Shown here: positions 18,916-28,980 of the stretch, piece by piece
How the letters are laid out: every line of letters starts with the position of its first letter
How positions within the stretch are numbered: position 1 is the first letter of the stretch
Source of the DNA: a virus
DNA length: 64,000 bases
IMG/VR virus record: IMGVR_UViG_3300009034_000016
Coordinates: 1-64,000 of that record
Direction: 5' to 3' (one strand)
Notes under the pieces: generated by a model
The model's input: only the letters and a program-made list of their open reading frames with translations
Database searches by the model: none
What the model was told of the DNA's origin: nothing
Position numbers and translations under genes: made by a program

Positions 18916-19353
18916 ATGAGAGGAGAAGTTTTACCGGATCACATGCCGATCAGTAATTTCACGCTTTTGGTGGTCGGTTTGCCGCCCATGTATTTCTCTA
19001 AGATAGCAGGGCTTGAGCAAGAGCTGCAAACTGTCGACCTTCCAGACCGGACCACCGCATCGGGAGGCAACACTACCCCGGTGGAATTTACTGCCGAGAC
19101 GATGATGCACCACACTAACGATCAACTTGCTCTTGAACTCTGGTTTAAGGAGGGGCAGGATCCGGTCTCGCCGTTGTATAAAAAAGCTGCGACCCTGATT
19201 CATAAGAGTTTAAGTGGGGGTAATTTCCGTTCCTTTACCCTGGTCGCTCTTTATGTCAGCAAGAGAAAAACGCCAGATCTTGATAAGATTAACGAGGGCG
19301 AGCCCGCGGTAATCGAGTGGACATTTAAAGCGGATGACATGCTGCCGATATAG
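18916..19353 (+). CDS. Tail tube protein (T4 gp19-like)
   Basis: 145 aa after the sheath; FSKIAGLE, LELWF, PDLDK motifs; AGGAGG RBS. Confidence 0.85.
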   Translation: MRGEVLPDHMPISNFTLLVVGLPPMYFSKIAGLEQELQTVDLPDRTTASGGNTTPVEFTAETMMHHTNDQLALELWFKEGQDPVSPLYKKAATLIHKSLSGGNFRSFTLVALYVSKRKTPDLDKINEGEPAVIEWTFKADDMLPI

Positions 19354-19457
19354 AAGTAATGGTGAATTATTCGTAAAACGCTTATCATTACGTCTGGCAG
19401 GTGAAAGAGAGAGTCACCAGGACTCATCTAAATCTAAAACATTGATTGGAGGTTCTA

Positions 19458-20294
19458 ATGAGAAAAACTAATCTCAAGGACTTGCAAAATGTTTTACCTA
19501 TCGGAGTCTTTTCCCAAGAAGGAACATTTTGCAAGGAATTTAGTTTGCGCCCCTGGCGAATGAAAGAGGAACGTCAGATCGGACAAATCCGGGAACGGGA
19601 AGAGGGCTTAAATATGGGAAAATTCGGCTCCGAACTATTAGCCTTGATGATTACCAGCATAGGAGGTGTTGACTTCGAGAACAAACCCTATGAGGAACGG
19701 AGGCTTTTCGTAAACCAGATGTATCTTTCGGATGTGCTATATGTTTATGTTTATCTCCGGTATCAGGCCCTGGGGCGGGACTTACACCTGGATATTATCT
19801 GCCCATCCTGTAAGAAGAAATTCAGCTTCAGAGCCGATCTTGAAACGCTTGATGTCATGGTATATGAGGATATCGAGGACCCATCGGAATTAGTGCAGAT
19901 GGTAGAACTACGGAAAGGGTTAGAGATCGGGGGAGAGCTCCGCAAACAACTCTGGCTTCGCCCAAATGTCTGGAATGTTATGGAAAATATGAAGATCTCT
20001 ACCAGTGCGAATGACGGGGAACTAAAGGCGGAGTTATTTAAGGATAGCGTCATCAGGTATGGCGACAATGCGGATACACCTCCCCAGTTCGTTCTCAGCG
20101 ATAATGTTCTTGACGAACTGTGGAAAGTGGATATCGAGGAGATCAAAGCGCATCTTGAGCGGCTTAACGCCGGTGCGACTATGGTAATTAGCGGTGAGTG
20201 TCCTGCCTGTGAAAATGAGTTCTTTAAAGGGCTTGATTGGAACTATGATTCTTTTTTCGCACATTCCTCCCTATCGGGTCAGCCGAGGAGTTAA
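19458..20294 (+). CDS. Tail assembly chaperone / T4 gp26-like baseplate hub assembly protein
   Basis: CPSC and CPAC zinc motifs, ends in ..DSFF; lies between tube and tape measure genes. Confidence 0.7.
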   Translation: MRKTNLKDLQNVLPIGVFSQEGTFCKEFSLRPWRMKEERQIGQIREREEGLNMGKFGSELLALMITSIGGVDFENKPYEERRLFVNQMYLSDVLYVYVYLRYQALGRDLHLDIICPSCKKKFSFRADLETLDVMVYEDIEDPSELVQMVELRKGLEIGGELRKQLWLRPNVWNVMENMKISTSANDGELKAELFKDSVIRYGDNADTPPQFVLSDNVLDELWKVDIEEIKAHLERLNAGATMVISGECPACENEFFKGLDWNYDSFFAHSSLSGQPRS

Positions 20295-20428
20295 GGGAGG
20301 AGTGTTTTAAACTGGTCTATCATATTCCGGGGTTGAGCCTTGAAGCGGTTGAGAACATGACGCCCGCCGAACGATCCTGGTGGTGGGAGCGTTTAGTGGA
20401 GCAGAGGGAAAGGGATACTAAGGGGTAA
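20252..20428 (+). other. -1 programmed frameshift site (T TTT TTC) and extension frame of the tail chaperone
   Basis: Slippery heptamer at 20252-20258; the -1 frame reads FFRTFLPIGSAEELREECFKLVYHIPGLSLEAVENMTPAERSWWWERL.. to TAA at 20428. Confidence 0.7.
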
Positions 20429-20440
20429 TAAGGAATAATT

Positions 20441-22246
20441 ATGGCCTTTCGTAACATAGGCATGGGAGCACGGCTCACATTCGATGAACGCAAGGGGGTT
20501 GCATCGATGGGACGCGCTTCGCGCTCTTTTACCATGCTAACTAAATCTGCAAGATTAGCTGGCAGGGGTGTCAAGTGGATGCTCCCAAGCTTCCGTCAGT
20601 TAGCGATTGCGGGAGCTGCGGTTGCCGCGGTTGGCGGCCTGATGGTCAAGTCATACGCCGATTTTGAGCAGGCTATGGCCGGAGTTAGGGCTGTTGCGGT
20701 AACCGCGACCGAGCCTGAGTTTAAGGAGATGACGAGTCTGGCCAAACAACTTGGTGCTACAACCAAGTTCACCGCGACCGAATCGGCGGAAGCGATGGAG
20801 TTATTCACCCGGGCTGGGTTCAATGCAAGGGAAGTAATGTCGGCGATTCCCGCGGTGTTGAGTGCCGCGGCGGCGGAGGGAATGGGGATCGCCGAGGCAG
20901 CGGATATCAGCAGTAATTCACTGAGGATTATGGGACTTGAAGCAACGGAGACCGCCCGGGTAGTGGATGTGCTGGCCCTGGCTTCTGCAAAGTCTAATAC
21001 CAATATGCAGATGCTGGGTGAGGCATTTCGCTATGGGGGTGCACAGGCAAGGATCCTGGGAATACCGCTTGAGATGACGGCGGCAATGTTCGGTAAGCTG
21101 GCCGATAGCGGGTTGAAGGCGACAACGGGCGGGACATCGTTGACTGCTATGCTGGTCAGGATGGTAAAGCCTTCTGCGAAGGCTACTAAGTTTATGCAGA
21201 TGCACAATATTTCCTTAACTGACGCAGCGGGCAAGTTCAAACCCATGCCGGTGCTCATAGATAAATTTGCAAAGGCTATTTCTGGGATTAGCGATGAGGC
21301 GAAGCGGTCGGCAACTATTCAGGAACTGTTTGGTATTAGGGGGGCTAAAGCTTACAGTGCGTTTGCCGCAGTCGGAGGTCGAGCGCTTCAGGACTTAGCC
21401 ACCGATCTCGGTAATTCCGAAGGCGCGGCCAAGCGAATGGCGGATATTCGGATGGAGACCCTGGCGGGGCAGTTCACCCTGTTGAAGTCTGCTACCGAGG
21501 GATTCCGGATCGAGATAGGCGAATATCTCGCACCCATCACCCGGGAATGGACAAAGAATGCAACGGATTGGATTGGGAGTGTAGCAACGGCCCTTCGACT
21601 TCTTAAAGAACCAGGGGAAATGACGGGCGAGCAGCTAAGGGAATGGATGGGCCTGACGGGGAGTGCGAGGGAAGCGGCGGTTACTCTAACTGCGGCGGTT
21701 AAGGGAATTGAAGGTGCAATGCGAAGCCTTGCTGCCTTTATGCAGAGTGAAACGGTTGCAACCCTAAAGGATTTTGTTAAGTGGATTGGTTTTGGGCTCG
21801 GACAACTCGGGAAGTTGGGGGAGGTTACTAAAATTCCGAGGGAACTTCTTGATCAGGCCAAGTTAGCTGCTCAGGCGAAAATGGATATAGCCGAGATTAC
21901 GAAATATACCCCCACGGAGGTTGTCACAAAGAAGGTCGGTGAATTATTTGGAGCCCTTCCTGCCGAGGCGCGGAGAGGATTCGTTCCGGGAGTAGAACCG
22001 AGGAAAGCAGTTCCCGCTGGACAGATGGGGCCCCTGCCGGTAACCCCCGGTCCCACCCCCCCGATGAGAATTGCCGAGCCAACCCCAGCAACTATGCCAG
22101 AGGTAGTAATCCATACGCATGTTATTCTTGATGGTCGGGAGATCGCCCGGGCTGTTGACAGGGTGAAATCCAATCTGGCGGAAAGGGTGGGATTAGACCT
22201 GGGGGCTGGAGGACTCCGGGCAATCGCTGAAGGGGGTGTAGCCTAA
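20441..22246 (+). CDS. Tape measure protein (TP901-family core)
   Basis: FEQAMAGVRAV, AKQLGATTKFTATESAEAM, LDGREIARAV; Ala/Gly-rich. Confidence 0.92.
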   Translation: MAFRNIGMGARLTFDERKGVASMGRASRSFTMLTKSARLAGRGVKWMLPSFRQLAIAGAAVAAVGGLMVKSYADFEQAMAGVRAVAVTATEPEFKEMTSLAKQLGATTKFTATESAEAMELFTRAGFNAREVMSAIPAVLSAAAAEGMGIAEAADISSNSLRIMGLEATETARVVDVLALASAKSNTNMQMLGEAFRYGGAQARILGIPLEMTAAMFGKLADSGLKATTGGTSLTAMLVRMVKPSAKATKFMQMHNISLTDAAGKFKPMPVLIDKFAKAISGISDEAKRSATIQELFGIRGAKAYSAFAAVGGRALQDLATDLGNSEGAAKRMADIRMETLAGQFTLLKSATEGFRIEIGEYLAPITREWTKNATDWIGSVATALRLLKEPGEMTGEQLREWMGLTGSAREAAVTLTAAVKGIEGAMRSLAAFMQSETVATLKDFVKWIGFGLGQLGKLGEVTKIPRELLDQAKLAAQAKMDIAEITKYTPTEVVTKKVGELFGALPAEARRGFVPGVEPRKAVPAGQMGPLPVTPGPTPPMRIAEPTPATMPEVVIHTHVILDGREIARAVDRVKSNLAERVGLDLGAGGLRAIAEGGVA

Positions 22247-23029
22247 ATGGGCGTGCCGATATTAGGTGGATTATTTGGTAAGACCTGGCCCTGGAAACTC
22301 GAGGACCTTGATCATAAAGGAACGGTTATCGAGGGACACTTCGCCCCGGAGAACCTTACGCTTAATGCGGGTTCAACGTTCGGGGAGACCACAGGGCTTA
22401 ACAGGTTAAATCCCGTGCTCCAGTTTCTGCACGGCAATGGAAGGCGGTTTTCATTTGATGCCCTAATCTTCGCTCGTGATACCACCAAGAGGATTGAGGA
22501 GGCACTCGAGGGAATACTGAAACTTACCGAGAGGGCACCCGACCTGAAACGACCCCCCGTGTGTCGCTTTTCAGTAGGACATGTTGAGGCACTCAATGAC
22601 CTGGTGGTTGTCAGCTCGGTTGGTGGAGTAAGGATCGCAGAGTTAAGAAAAGACGGATCGCTCCGTTCATTCGAGGCGAGGATTAGCCTGATTAGATATG
22701 TGCCATTCAGTGTTGAGGAGCAGCCCCAGACTTCGGCGGAGCAACCAGCACCGTCAACTCGGTATATCAAAACTCTCGATAACGACATGTTTGAGCAAGT
22801 GGCACAGCGGGAGTATAGAGATCCGTTAAAGGGAGTCATTATCAAGGCGGAAAATCCGGGGGTAGGCGATACCCTGGAGGCGGGGGAGACGCTGAAGATC
22901 CTTCCCGCCGATCATCCCACGGTGAGGGCGCGTGTAGCACCTAGTTCAATAGCCCTGGGCAATGGCAAAAGCCAAAGAGAGAATTTGTTTGCAGCGAGGG
23001 GTGAGACCCGCTATCTTTATAATATTTGA
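22247..23029 (+). CDS. Tail tube initiator with LysM-like domain
   Basis: FAPENL, RPPVCRF, C-terminal VAQREYRDP..IKAENP LysM-like motif. Confidence 0.7.
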   Translation: MGVPILGGLFGKTWPWKLEDLDHKGTVIEGHFAPENLTLNAGSTFGETTGLNRLNPVLQFLHGNGRRFSFDALIFARDTTKRIEEALEGILKLTERAPDLKRPPVCRFSVGHVEALNDLVVVSSVGGVRIAELRKDGSLRSFEARISLIRYVPFSVEEQPQTSAEQPAPSTRYIKTLDNDMFEQVAQREYRDPLKGVIIKAENPGVGDTLEAGETLKILPADHPTVRARVAPSSIALGNGKSQRENLFAARGETRYLYNI

Positions 23030-23035
23030 GGAATT

Positions 23036-24199
23036 ATGGCTCAATTTGACGATTTAGCTCCCCGGTATCAGATCGAGGTAAATGGCATCCCTCTCCAGGA
23101 AGATGTGCTTGCCGGCATTAACTCGGTCGAATTCAGTGAGAGCGAAGACCTGATGGATGAAGTGCGGATCAAGCTCGACAATGTGAACACGGAAGGTGAT
23201 TATCGAACGGCGGTCCGTCCCCGGTTTTCGGATTCCAAGGTGTTAGCGGAAGGTAATGTTATTGACTTGTTTATGGGGTATGGCGATGTTCTTGACTGGA
23301 TGACCCGCTGTGAAGTAGTCAATTGGGAGCCGGACTTTCCTAAAAGTGCAGTTCCTACCTTGGATGTCATTGCCTTTTCAGGTGCTCATAGAATGGCGTC
23401 CCCAAAGAATCCGAAGCATAAGACGAAAAACTGGCGGGATGCACCCCATAGTGATTTTGTAGCTGAGATAGCACGTAGCTATAAGTTCGGAACCGATAAT
23501 ATAGAGAACACAAAGCTTAAGAAATTTACTCCCCAGGCTTCCAATATTAGCGACTTTGAGTTCATTAAAACACTGGCGGAATTTCACGGCTTTGAATTCT
23601 TTGTAACATTTAACACGCAGTCCAAGCGATGGGATTTATATTTCAGAACCCCGGAGGTCAGGCCCGCAGCGGTATATAATCTATTCTACGACAAGGGCGA
23701 TGAGACTACATTATTTTCCTTTAAACCCGATTTTACCCTGAGCGGGGTTTTTACGGAAATCGAATTGGTAGGCTGGGACGAAGAGCGGGGGATCCCCATT
23801 ATCATCCGAATCGTGGAGGATAAGGAAGGGGAGAAGGCGAAGTTCACCGAGGGGGGAACGGAATCGATCCTATCACAGGTTATAGAGAGTGGGTTGGAAA
23901 CATGTCTTGCAGCTGAGTTCGGCAAGCGGATCAAGGTGATCACCGCGCCGCAGATAGCGGACGAGCCGACGGCGCAAGCTCTGGCGGAGTCCATACTGCG
24001 GAGGGGTAAAGAGGCGTTTCTGTCCGGGCGGGGGCAAACCGTAGGGATCGAGAAGATAAGGGCTCGTCAGGTGCATAATCTTCTCGGCCTAGGGAATAGG
24101 TTCTCCGGTAAGTACCTCTTTGCGGAAGTCAATCACAAGATGCCTGGGGATGGGATTGGGTACAGCCTTGATTTCAGGGCACGGAAGATTATTGAGTGA
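23036..24199 (+). CDS. Baseplate hub / late control D protein
   Basis: SDFEFIKTLA, GLGNRFSGKY..VNH motifs. Confidence 0.85.
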   Translation: MAQFDDLAPRYQIEVNGIPLQEDVLAGINSVEFSESEDLMDEVRIKLDNVNTEGDYRTAVRPRFSDSKVLAEGNVIDLFMGYGDVLDWMTRCEVVNWEPDFPKSAVPTLDVIAFSGAHRMASPKNPKHKTKNWRDAPHSDFVAEIARSYKFGTDNIENTKLKKFTPQASNISDFEFIKTLAEFHGFEFFVTFNTQSKRWDLYFRTPEVRPAAVYNLFYDKGDETTLFSFKPDFTLSGVFTEIELVGWDEERGIPIIIRIVEDKEGEKAKFTEGGTESILSQVIESGLETCLAAEFGKRIKVITAPQIADEPTAQALAESILRRGKEAFLSGRGQTVGIEKIRARQVHNLLGLGNRFSGKYLFAEVNHKMPGDGIGYSLDFRARKIIE

Positions 24200-24225
24200 A
24201 AAAAGTCTAATTTTTGTAAGGGACA

Positions 24226-24852
24226 ATGGTCAAAGAAATACATATCGGCGAGGTAACTAACAACCTGGTTGGCCCGGACGGGAAGCCATTCCGCCGGGGC
24301 GAGGTTATGTTCAAGTGCGAAACCTTGCTTGAGGACGGCTCGGAATACCCCATTCCAGCGGCTCCCTCATTCCATTATGCTACGAATGGATACGGGATGT
24401 TTTTTGTGCCCCCACCCGGAACTCAGATCGAGATCGAGGTTGCCCAGGGTCGGGATAAGATCGTGGAGAGCAGGGTGCGATACCGGGCGATGCTGTATTC
24501 TGACATTAATGAAGTGCCTTCGGAATTTCTTAGTAATTATCCTCATAAAAAGGGGATTAAGCTTTTATCGGGGCGCCTCATATTCGACGATAGCCCCGGG
24601 GGCGAGTTGCTGGAATTATTTCACGAGGGCGGAACCGGCTTTGAACTGAAAAAGAATGGGGACTGGGTAGAGAAGGTCATCAAGGATAAGCTAATTGAGA
24701 TCCTGGGCCAGTTGAAGATCACGGCCCAGGGGATCATGCTGGGAGATGATAATCTGGTTGCTCTGGATGGGGTGGTAACGGGACAGTCCATTGATCCATT
24801 TACAGGTCAGAAGCATATTGATGTATCCAGTGTGGTGAGAGCTAAGAAGTAA
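24226..24852 (+). CDS. Baseplate spike (gpV-like)
   Basis: OB-fold GMFFVPPPG, then LIFDDSPG beta repeats. Confidence 0.8.
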   Translation: MVKEIHIGEVTNNLVGPDGKPFRRGEVMFKCETLLEDGSEYPIPAAPSFHYATNGYGMFFVPPPGTQIEIEVAQGRDKIVESRVRYRAMLYSDINEVPSEFLSNYPHKKGIKLLSGRLIFDDSPGGELLELFHEGGTGFELKKNGDWVEKVIKDKLIEILGQLKITAQGIMLGDDNLVALDGVVTGQSIDPFTGQKHIDVSSVVRAKK

Positions 24853-24869
24853 AAAAAGGAGAGACCCCT

Positions 24870-25094
24870 ATGGCACTTAATGGAGATAATTTGGGCGATG
24901 AAATGAGAGTTGCGGTCACTGCCGAGGATCCTGCTGACAGAACCGCTATGTTCAGAGCCCTTGGAAATGCCGTGATAGACCATTTTAAAAACAATGCTGA
25001 GATAACCATTGACGATCCCTCGGGCTTAGTTGACAACCAAGGGAATCCACCAGCTTCCAGCCACACCGGAACGGCGACAGGGGGGATTACTTAA
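24870..25094 (+). CDS. Small baseplate-associated protein
   Basis: AGGAG RBS; synteny after the spike gene. Confidence 0.5.
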   Translation: MALNGDNLGDEMRVAVTAEDPADRTAMFRALGNAVIDHFKNNAEITIDDPSGLVDNQGNPPASSHTGTATGGIT

Positions 25095-25159
25095 GGTTAG
25101 GGGAGAAAGTTGCTTGAACGCTGTTAATTAAAAAACAGCGGTCTTATATCTTAAGAATC

Positions 25160-25525
25160 ATGCCAAAAGGACTTGCATTACCATTAGGTGTTGATCAATA
25201 TGGCCGGGCAAAAACTCTGAGCGGGACTGAGCAGTTAGAAAAGCTACTGCGGGCAGGGCTGTCTATCTGCTCGAGCAATAATCCGTTTCAGGCTGACCTG
25301 GGCCTCGATCCGACATTGATATTTGACATAACCTCGCCCGCTGCGGAAGGGGCTGCCCGGGATGCGATAAAGGCTGTGTTCAAGACCTTTGAACTCCGGG
25401 GCCGGGCCAAACTTTCACCGCCCATTGAGTTTGAACGGGGAGACGGTAAGTTGACGGCACACATCAAGTACATTGATTTAGAAGCTGAAAAGGAATCGGA
25501 ACTCTATTTTTCCATAATGCCTTAA
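25160..25525 (+). CDS. Baseplate wedge / sheath initiator (gp25/gpW-like)
   Basis: MPKGLALP start, NPFQADLG..LIF; synteny. Confidence 0.65.
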   Translation: MPKGLALPLGVDQYGRAKTLSGTEQLEKLLRAGLSICSSNNPFQADLGLDPTLIFDITSPAAEGAARDAIKAVFKTFELRGRAKLSPPIEFERGDGKLTAHIKYIDLEAEKESELYFSIMP

Positions 25526-26688
25526 TTAAAAGGGAACTTGCATTGGAATAGAGGAAGATGATTATGAGAAAATCTTTTAGATATAGGCTTTTCACTAATA
25601 AAATTCAGGAACTAAAGCTGAGCCAACTGCTTGACTCGGCCCGCTTTCTTTATAACTGCGCTCTTGAACAAAGAATTATCTGCTATAAACAATGGCGTAA
25701 ATCTATTAACTATTACGACCAAGCTAATAGCCTTAAAGAAATTCGCGGCTTTAACAAAGGCATTGCTCAGCTTAATTATTCTTGCTCTCAAAATATACTC
25801 CGGCAACTTGACAAAGCTTTTCAAGGCTTCTTTAGACGCATCCCCCAAGGCGAAAAACCTGGATTTCCCCGATTTAAAGGAGAGGATAGATTTAACTCGA
25901 TTACATTTCCAACCTATGGAGATGGTGTCAAGCTTCAGAATGGAAAACTTTATATTCAGAATATTGGCCATATCAGAATTAAGCTCCATAGAAACTTAAA
26001 AGGAACAATCAAAACTATTACAATTAAAAGGCAAAACGGGCGATTCTATGTTTCTTTTTCTTGCAATGGAGTCCCAAGAGCAATCCTTCCAGCCTCCACC
26101 AAAGAGATAGGTATTGATGTCGGTATTAAGTCCTTCGCCGTTATGTCCGATGGTCAAGTTATTGACAACCCGAAACACTTGAAGCAAAGCGAAAATAAGC
26201 TGAAAGCTCTTCAGCAACAACACTCTGAAAAGCGGACTCGCAAGACCAAAAGAAAATTGGCCCAGCTGCATGAAAAAGTAAGTAACCAGCGCAAAGACTT
26301 TCTGCATAAACTGAGTAGAAAAATCGTGAACCAATTTGGTTTTATCTTTGTCGAGGATCTCAAACCCAGAGAAATGGTCAATAATAATTTTAAGGTTCTC
26401 AACAAGTATATCAACGATGCTGCGTGGTCTTTGTTCTTTAACTTCACGGCCTACAAAGCGGAAGAGGCTGGTAGGGTGTTTGTTAAAGTCAACCCAAAAG
26501 GAACTACGCAAGAATGTTCTAATTGCGGGGAAATTGTTCCGAAAGATTTGAGTGTGAGAATTCATCATTGTCCTCGGTGTAGCTTTAAGGTCCCTCGTGA
26601 TTTCAACTCATCGTTAAATATTCTTGGGCGTGGACAACGCCTCGTGCATAGTACGGAAGCCGCCTGCTTTAGCTGACGGAGTTGTCAC
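25526..26688 (+). mobile_element. Non-autonomous IS200/IS605-type (IS1341-like) element; left end approximate
   Basis: tnpB without tnpA; right end GAAGCCGCCTGCTTTAGCTGACGGAGTTGTCAC resembles typical TnpB element ends; more AT-rich than its flanks. Confidence 0.75.
25558..26676 (+). CDS. tnpB: RNA-guided endonuclease TnpB
   Basis: HTH_OrfB N-terminus, PGFPRFK, RuvC motifs GIDVG / VEDL / RDFNSSLNI, CSNCG..CPRC zinc finger. Confidence 0.95.
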   Translation: MIMRKSFRYRLFTNKIQELKLSQLLDSARFLYNCALEQRIICYKQWRKSINYYDQANSLKEIRGFNKGIAQLNYSCSQNILRQLDKAFQGFFRRIPQGEKPGFPRFKGEDRFNSITFPTYGDGVKLQNGKLYIQNIGHIRIKLHRNLKGTIKTITIKRQNGRFYVSFSCNGVPRAILPASTKEIGIDVGIKSFAVMSDGQVIDNPKHLKQSENKLKALQQQHSEKRTRKTKRKLAQLHEKVSNQRKDFLHKLSRKIVNQFGFIFVEDLKPREMVNNNFKVLNKYINDAAWSLFFNFTAYKAEEAGRVFVKVNPKGTTQECSNCGEIVPKDLSVRIHHCPRCSFKVPRDFNSSLNILGRGQRLVHSTEAACFS

Positions 26689-26751
26689 ATATTTGATGTG
26701 AGCAATCAGCATGTGTCTGTTCCGGCAACCTAAAATGGAAATTAAACTAAG

Positions 26752-26771
26752 CCGTGCACACGCGTGCACGG
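26752..26771. repeat. TGCAC-RCGC-GTGCA palindrome, copy 2 (overlaps baseplate J RBS)
   Basis: CCGTGCAC-ACGC-GTGCACGG followed by GAGG. Confidence 0.7.
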
Positions 26772-26784
26772 GAGGGGCGAGAAA

Positions 26785-28944
26785 TTGAGTGACGAGCTAA
26801 TTCAGGTTCCCGACTTTAAATTCAGCACATTTTACTACGCCGATATTCTCCGGGCGTTGATTAACTATCGCAGATCTAATGTGCCGGAGATCACCGACGA
26901 GAACCCATTAGAGCCCTATATCCAGTTAGAGCGGGCCTTCGCCCTGGTAGCCCACCAGAATAATGTGCTCCTTGACTTTATTGCTAAGGAAACGCTTCTC
27001 CCAACCGCCCAGCTACGACAGAGCGTTGCATCACACCTGAAGATGATTGATTATGAACTGAGCGAGGCTTCTCCCGCGGTTACCGAGATCGTAATGAAGC
27101 TGACTAAATTATTTACCTCTTCATTTCAGATCCTCCCGATTTTATCACGAGTTGCAACGGAATATTCCGAGGAGCAGCCGGCGATCGCGTTCGAGGATTT
27201 ACTTGGGCTTAACATCGAGAGGACCGATCAAGTTAGTAAGGTGTTCGCTCTGGAAGACACTACTTACACGGACTACACTACGGAAGCTAATACCGATGCA
27301 TCCTATTTCTCTCCCTGGGCGACCCCGGCAGCCGGAGACAAGTTGTATGTCGGCCACGAGGGGATCATGTGGGATAAACTTAACGTAATATTTCAAACCG
27401 GGGGCAGTGGGCTCACGGGGATATGGGAGTACTACGACGGTGAGTGGTCCGATGTTAATCCCTCAAGGGTCAAAATAGATGGGGATAAGCTGGTGGTTGA
27501 TCTCACTTCCTTATTGGGTGCCAATGATCGGTCTGGAGCGGTTGTCAGGTTAATTCTCATATCCACCTCAGCCTACGAGGAAATGACATCACAGTGGGGG
27601 GATCCCGGGATCGCCGAGTGGGGAGCCGGGGACATCAATTACGCCGAAACTACCGGGTTCCTCGGGCAAACCAGCCCTTCCGAAGAGGCTAACCAATATG
27701 TCGTTGGATCGCAGTGGCATAGCCTCGAAGAAACAGACGGAACCGCCAATCTAAGTCAAGACGGAGATGTGGATTATGACCTGCCCCAGACACTAACGAA
27801 ACGGTGGGCAAGGGGCGAGATCAATGCTTACGAAGCATACTGGATGAGATACCGTATTATCAGCGTGAGTTCTCCTGCCGGACCGAGTATCGACCGGCTT
27901 AAGGTCGATACCGGCAATCAGCATATCATGCACTCATTTACCCAGGGGCTCACGGTAGAGGACGATCCCCTCGGGACCTCTAACGGCCAGGCTAATCAGT
28001 CGTTTACATTTACCCAGGGGCCGTTGATAGGCGGTTCCCAGAAAGTCTATGTTGACGATGGGTTGTGGACGGAAGTCCGAAACTTTCTTAATTCCGGCCC
28101 CGGGGATGGGCATTATATCCTGTCGGTTGATGATGATGGAATAGCTACGGCAACATTCAGCGACGGGGTAAGCGGGAGAATCCCGCCATCGGGGAATACT
28201 ATCCGCTCGGAATATCGAATCAATGCGGAGGAGGATGGTAATGTGGGGGCTGGGACGATTGGGGTGAATAAATCCGGGATATCCTTCGTAACGGATATTG
28301 TCAATCCCAGGCAGGCAATCGGATGGACGGCAAAGGAGGGCTCCACGCCTGCTCTGCTTGAAATAGCTAAGCTTGAAGGCCCGGCTAGTGTGAGGACTCT
28401 TGAGAGGGCGGTCGGACCCTCGGATGTCAGGGATTTGGCAGTTGCCTACACGACGGAGGAGGGATCGAAGCTGGTGAGTAGAGCCCGGGCGGTGGAAGAA
28501 GCCTACGGGGCCAAGACGGTGTTATGTGTAGTAGTGGGCACGGGGGGGGCAACGCTCAGCGAAGCTCAGCAAACCGAGCTTGAGGAGTATTTCAACGGCA
28601 ACCTCCTGACGGGCAAGGACGGAGTACTGGTTCTAAATCAACGAGTCTATGTTGATAACTATACTCCCAAGATAATAGATGTTACGGCGACGGTCTATGG
28701 GGGTAAGAAGGACTTGATTGAGACGGCTTTGAAGGTGCTGCTCGACCCGGAGGCAAGAACGGCGGACGGCCTGCGTTGGGAATGGGATTTTGGGGAGACT
28801 GTCCCGACATCAAGGATCATAGCCCAGATATTTATCGTGGCTGGTGTGAGACAGGTAGAACTCACAGCCCCGGCCGCTAATGTTGTCCTGACCGTGAACG
28901 AACTACCGAAAGTTGGGACGCTCAGTATAACAGTGAATCCGTGA
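26785..28944 (+). CDS. Baseplate J-like wedge protein
   Basis: ETLLPTAQLRQSV, LGTSNGQANQSF, FSDGVSGRIP, GNVGAGTI, LERAV motifs; TTG start after GGAGG. Confidence 0.88.
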   Translation: MSDELIQVPDFKFSTFYYADILRALINYRRSNVPEITDENPLEPYIQLERAFALVAHQNNVLLDFIAKETLLPTAQLRQSVASHLKMIDYELSEASPAVTEIVMKLTKLFTSSFQILPILSRVATEYSEEQPAIAFEDLLGLNIERTDQVSKVFALEDTTYTDYTTEANTDASYFSPWATPAAGDKLYVGHEGIMWDKLNVIFQTGGSGLTGIWEYYDGEWSDVNPSRVKIDGDKLVVDLTSLLGANDRSGAVVRLILISTSAYEEMTSQWGDPGIAEWGAGDINYAETTGFLGQTSPSEEANQYVVGSQWHSLEETDGTANLSQDGDVDYDLPQTLTKRWARGEINAYEAYWMRYRIISVSSPAGPSIDRLKVDTGNQHIMHSFTQGLTVEDDPLGTSNGQANQSFTFTQGPLIGGSQKVYVDDGLWTEVRNFLNSGPGDGHYILSVDDDGIATATFSDGVSGRIPPSGNTIRSEYRINAEEDGNVGAGTIGVNKSGISFVTDIVNPRQAIGWTAKEGSTPALLEIAKLEGPASVRTLERAVGPSDVRDLAVAYTTEEGSKLVSRARAVEEAYGAKTVLCVVVGTGGATLSEAQQTELEEYFNGNLLTGKDGVLVLNQRVYVDNYTPKIIDVTATVYGGKKDLIETALKVLLDPEARTADGLRWEWDFGETVPTSRIIAQIFIVAGVRQVELTAPAANVVLTVNELPKVGTLSITVNP

Positions 28945-28980
28945 AAAAAACTCTGTGCCTAAAGAATTATAGAGGAATTT

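Noticed and set aside
25313-25330. Self-target of the TnpB guide in the gp25-like gene
   Set aside because: Only 8 nt (ATATTTGA) match the predicted guide, which is compatible with chance
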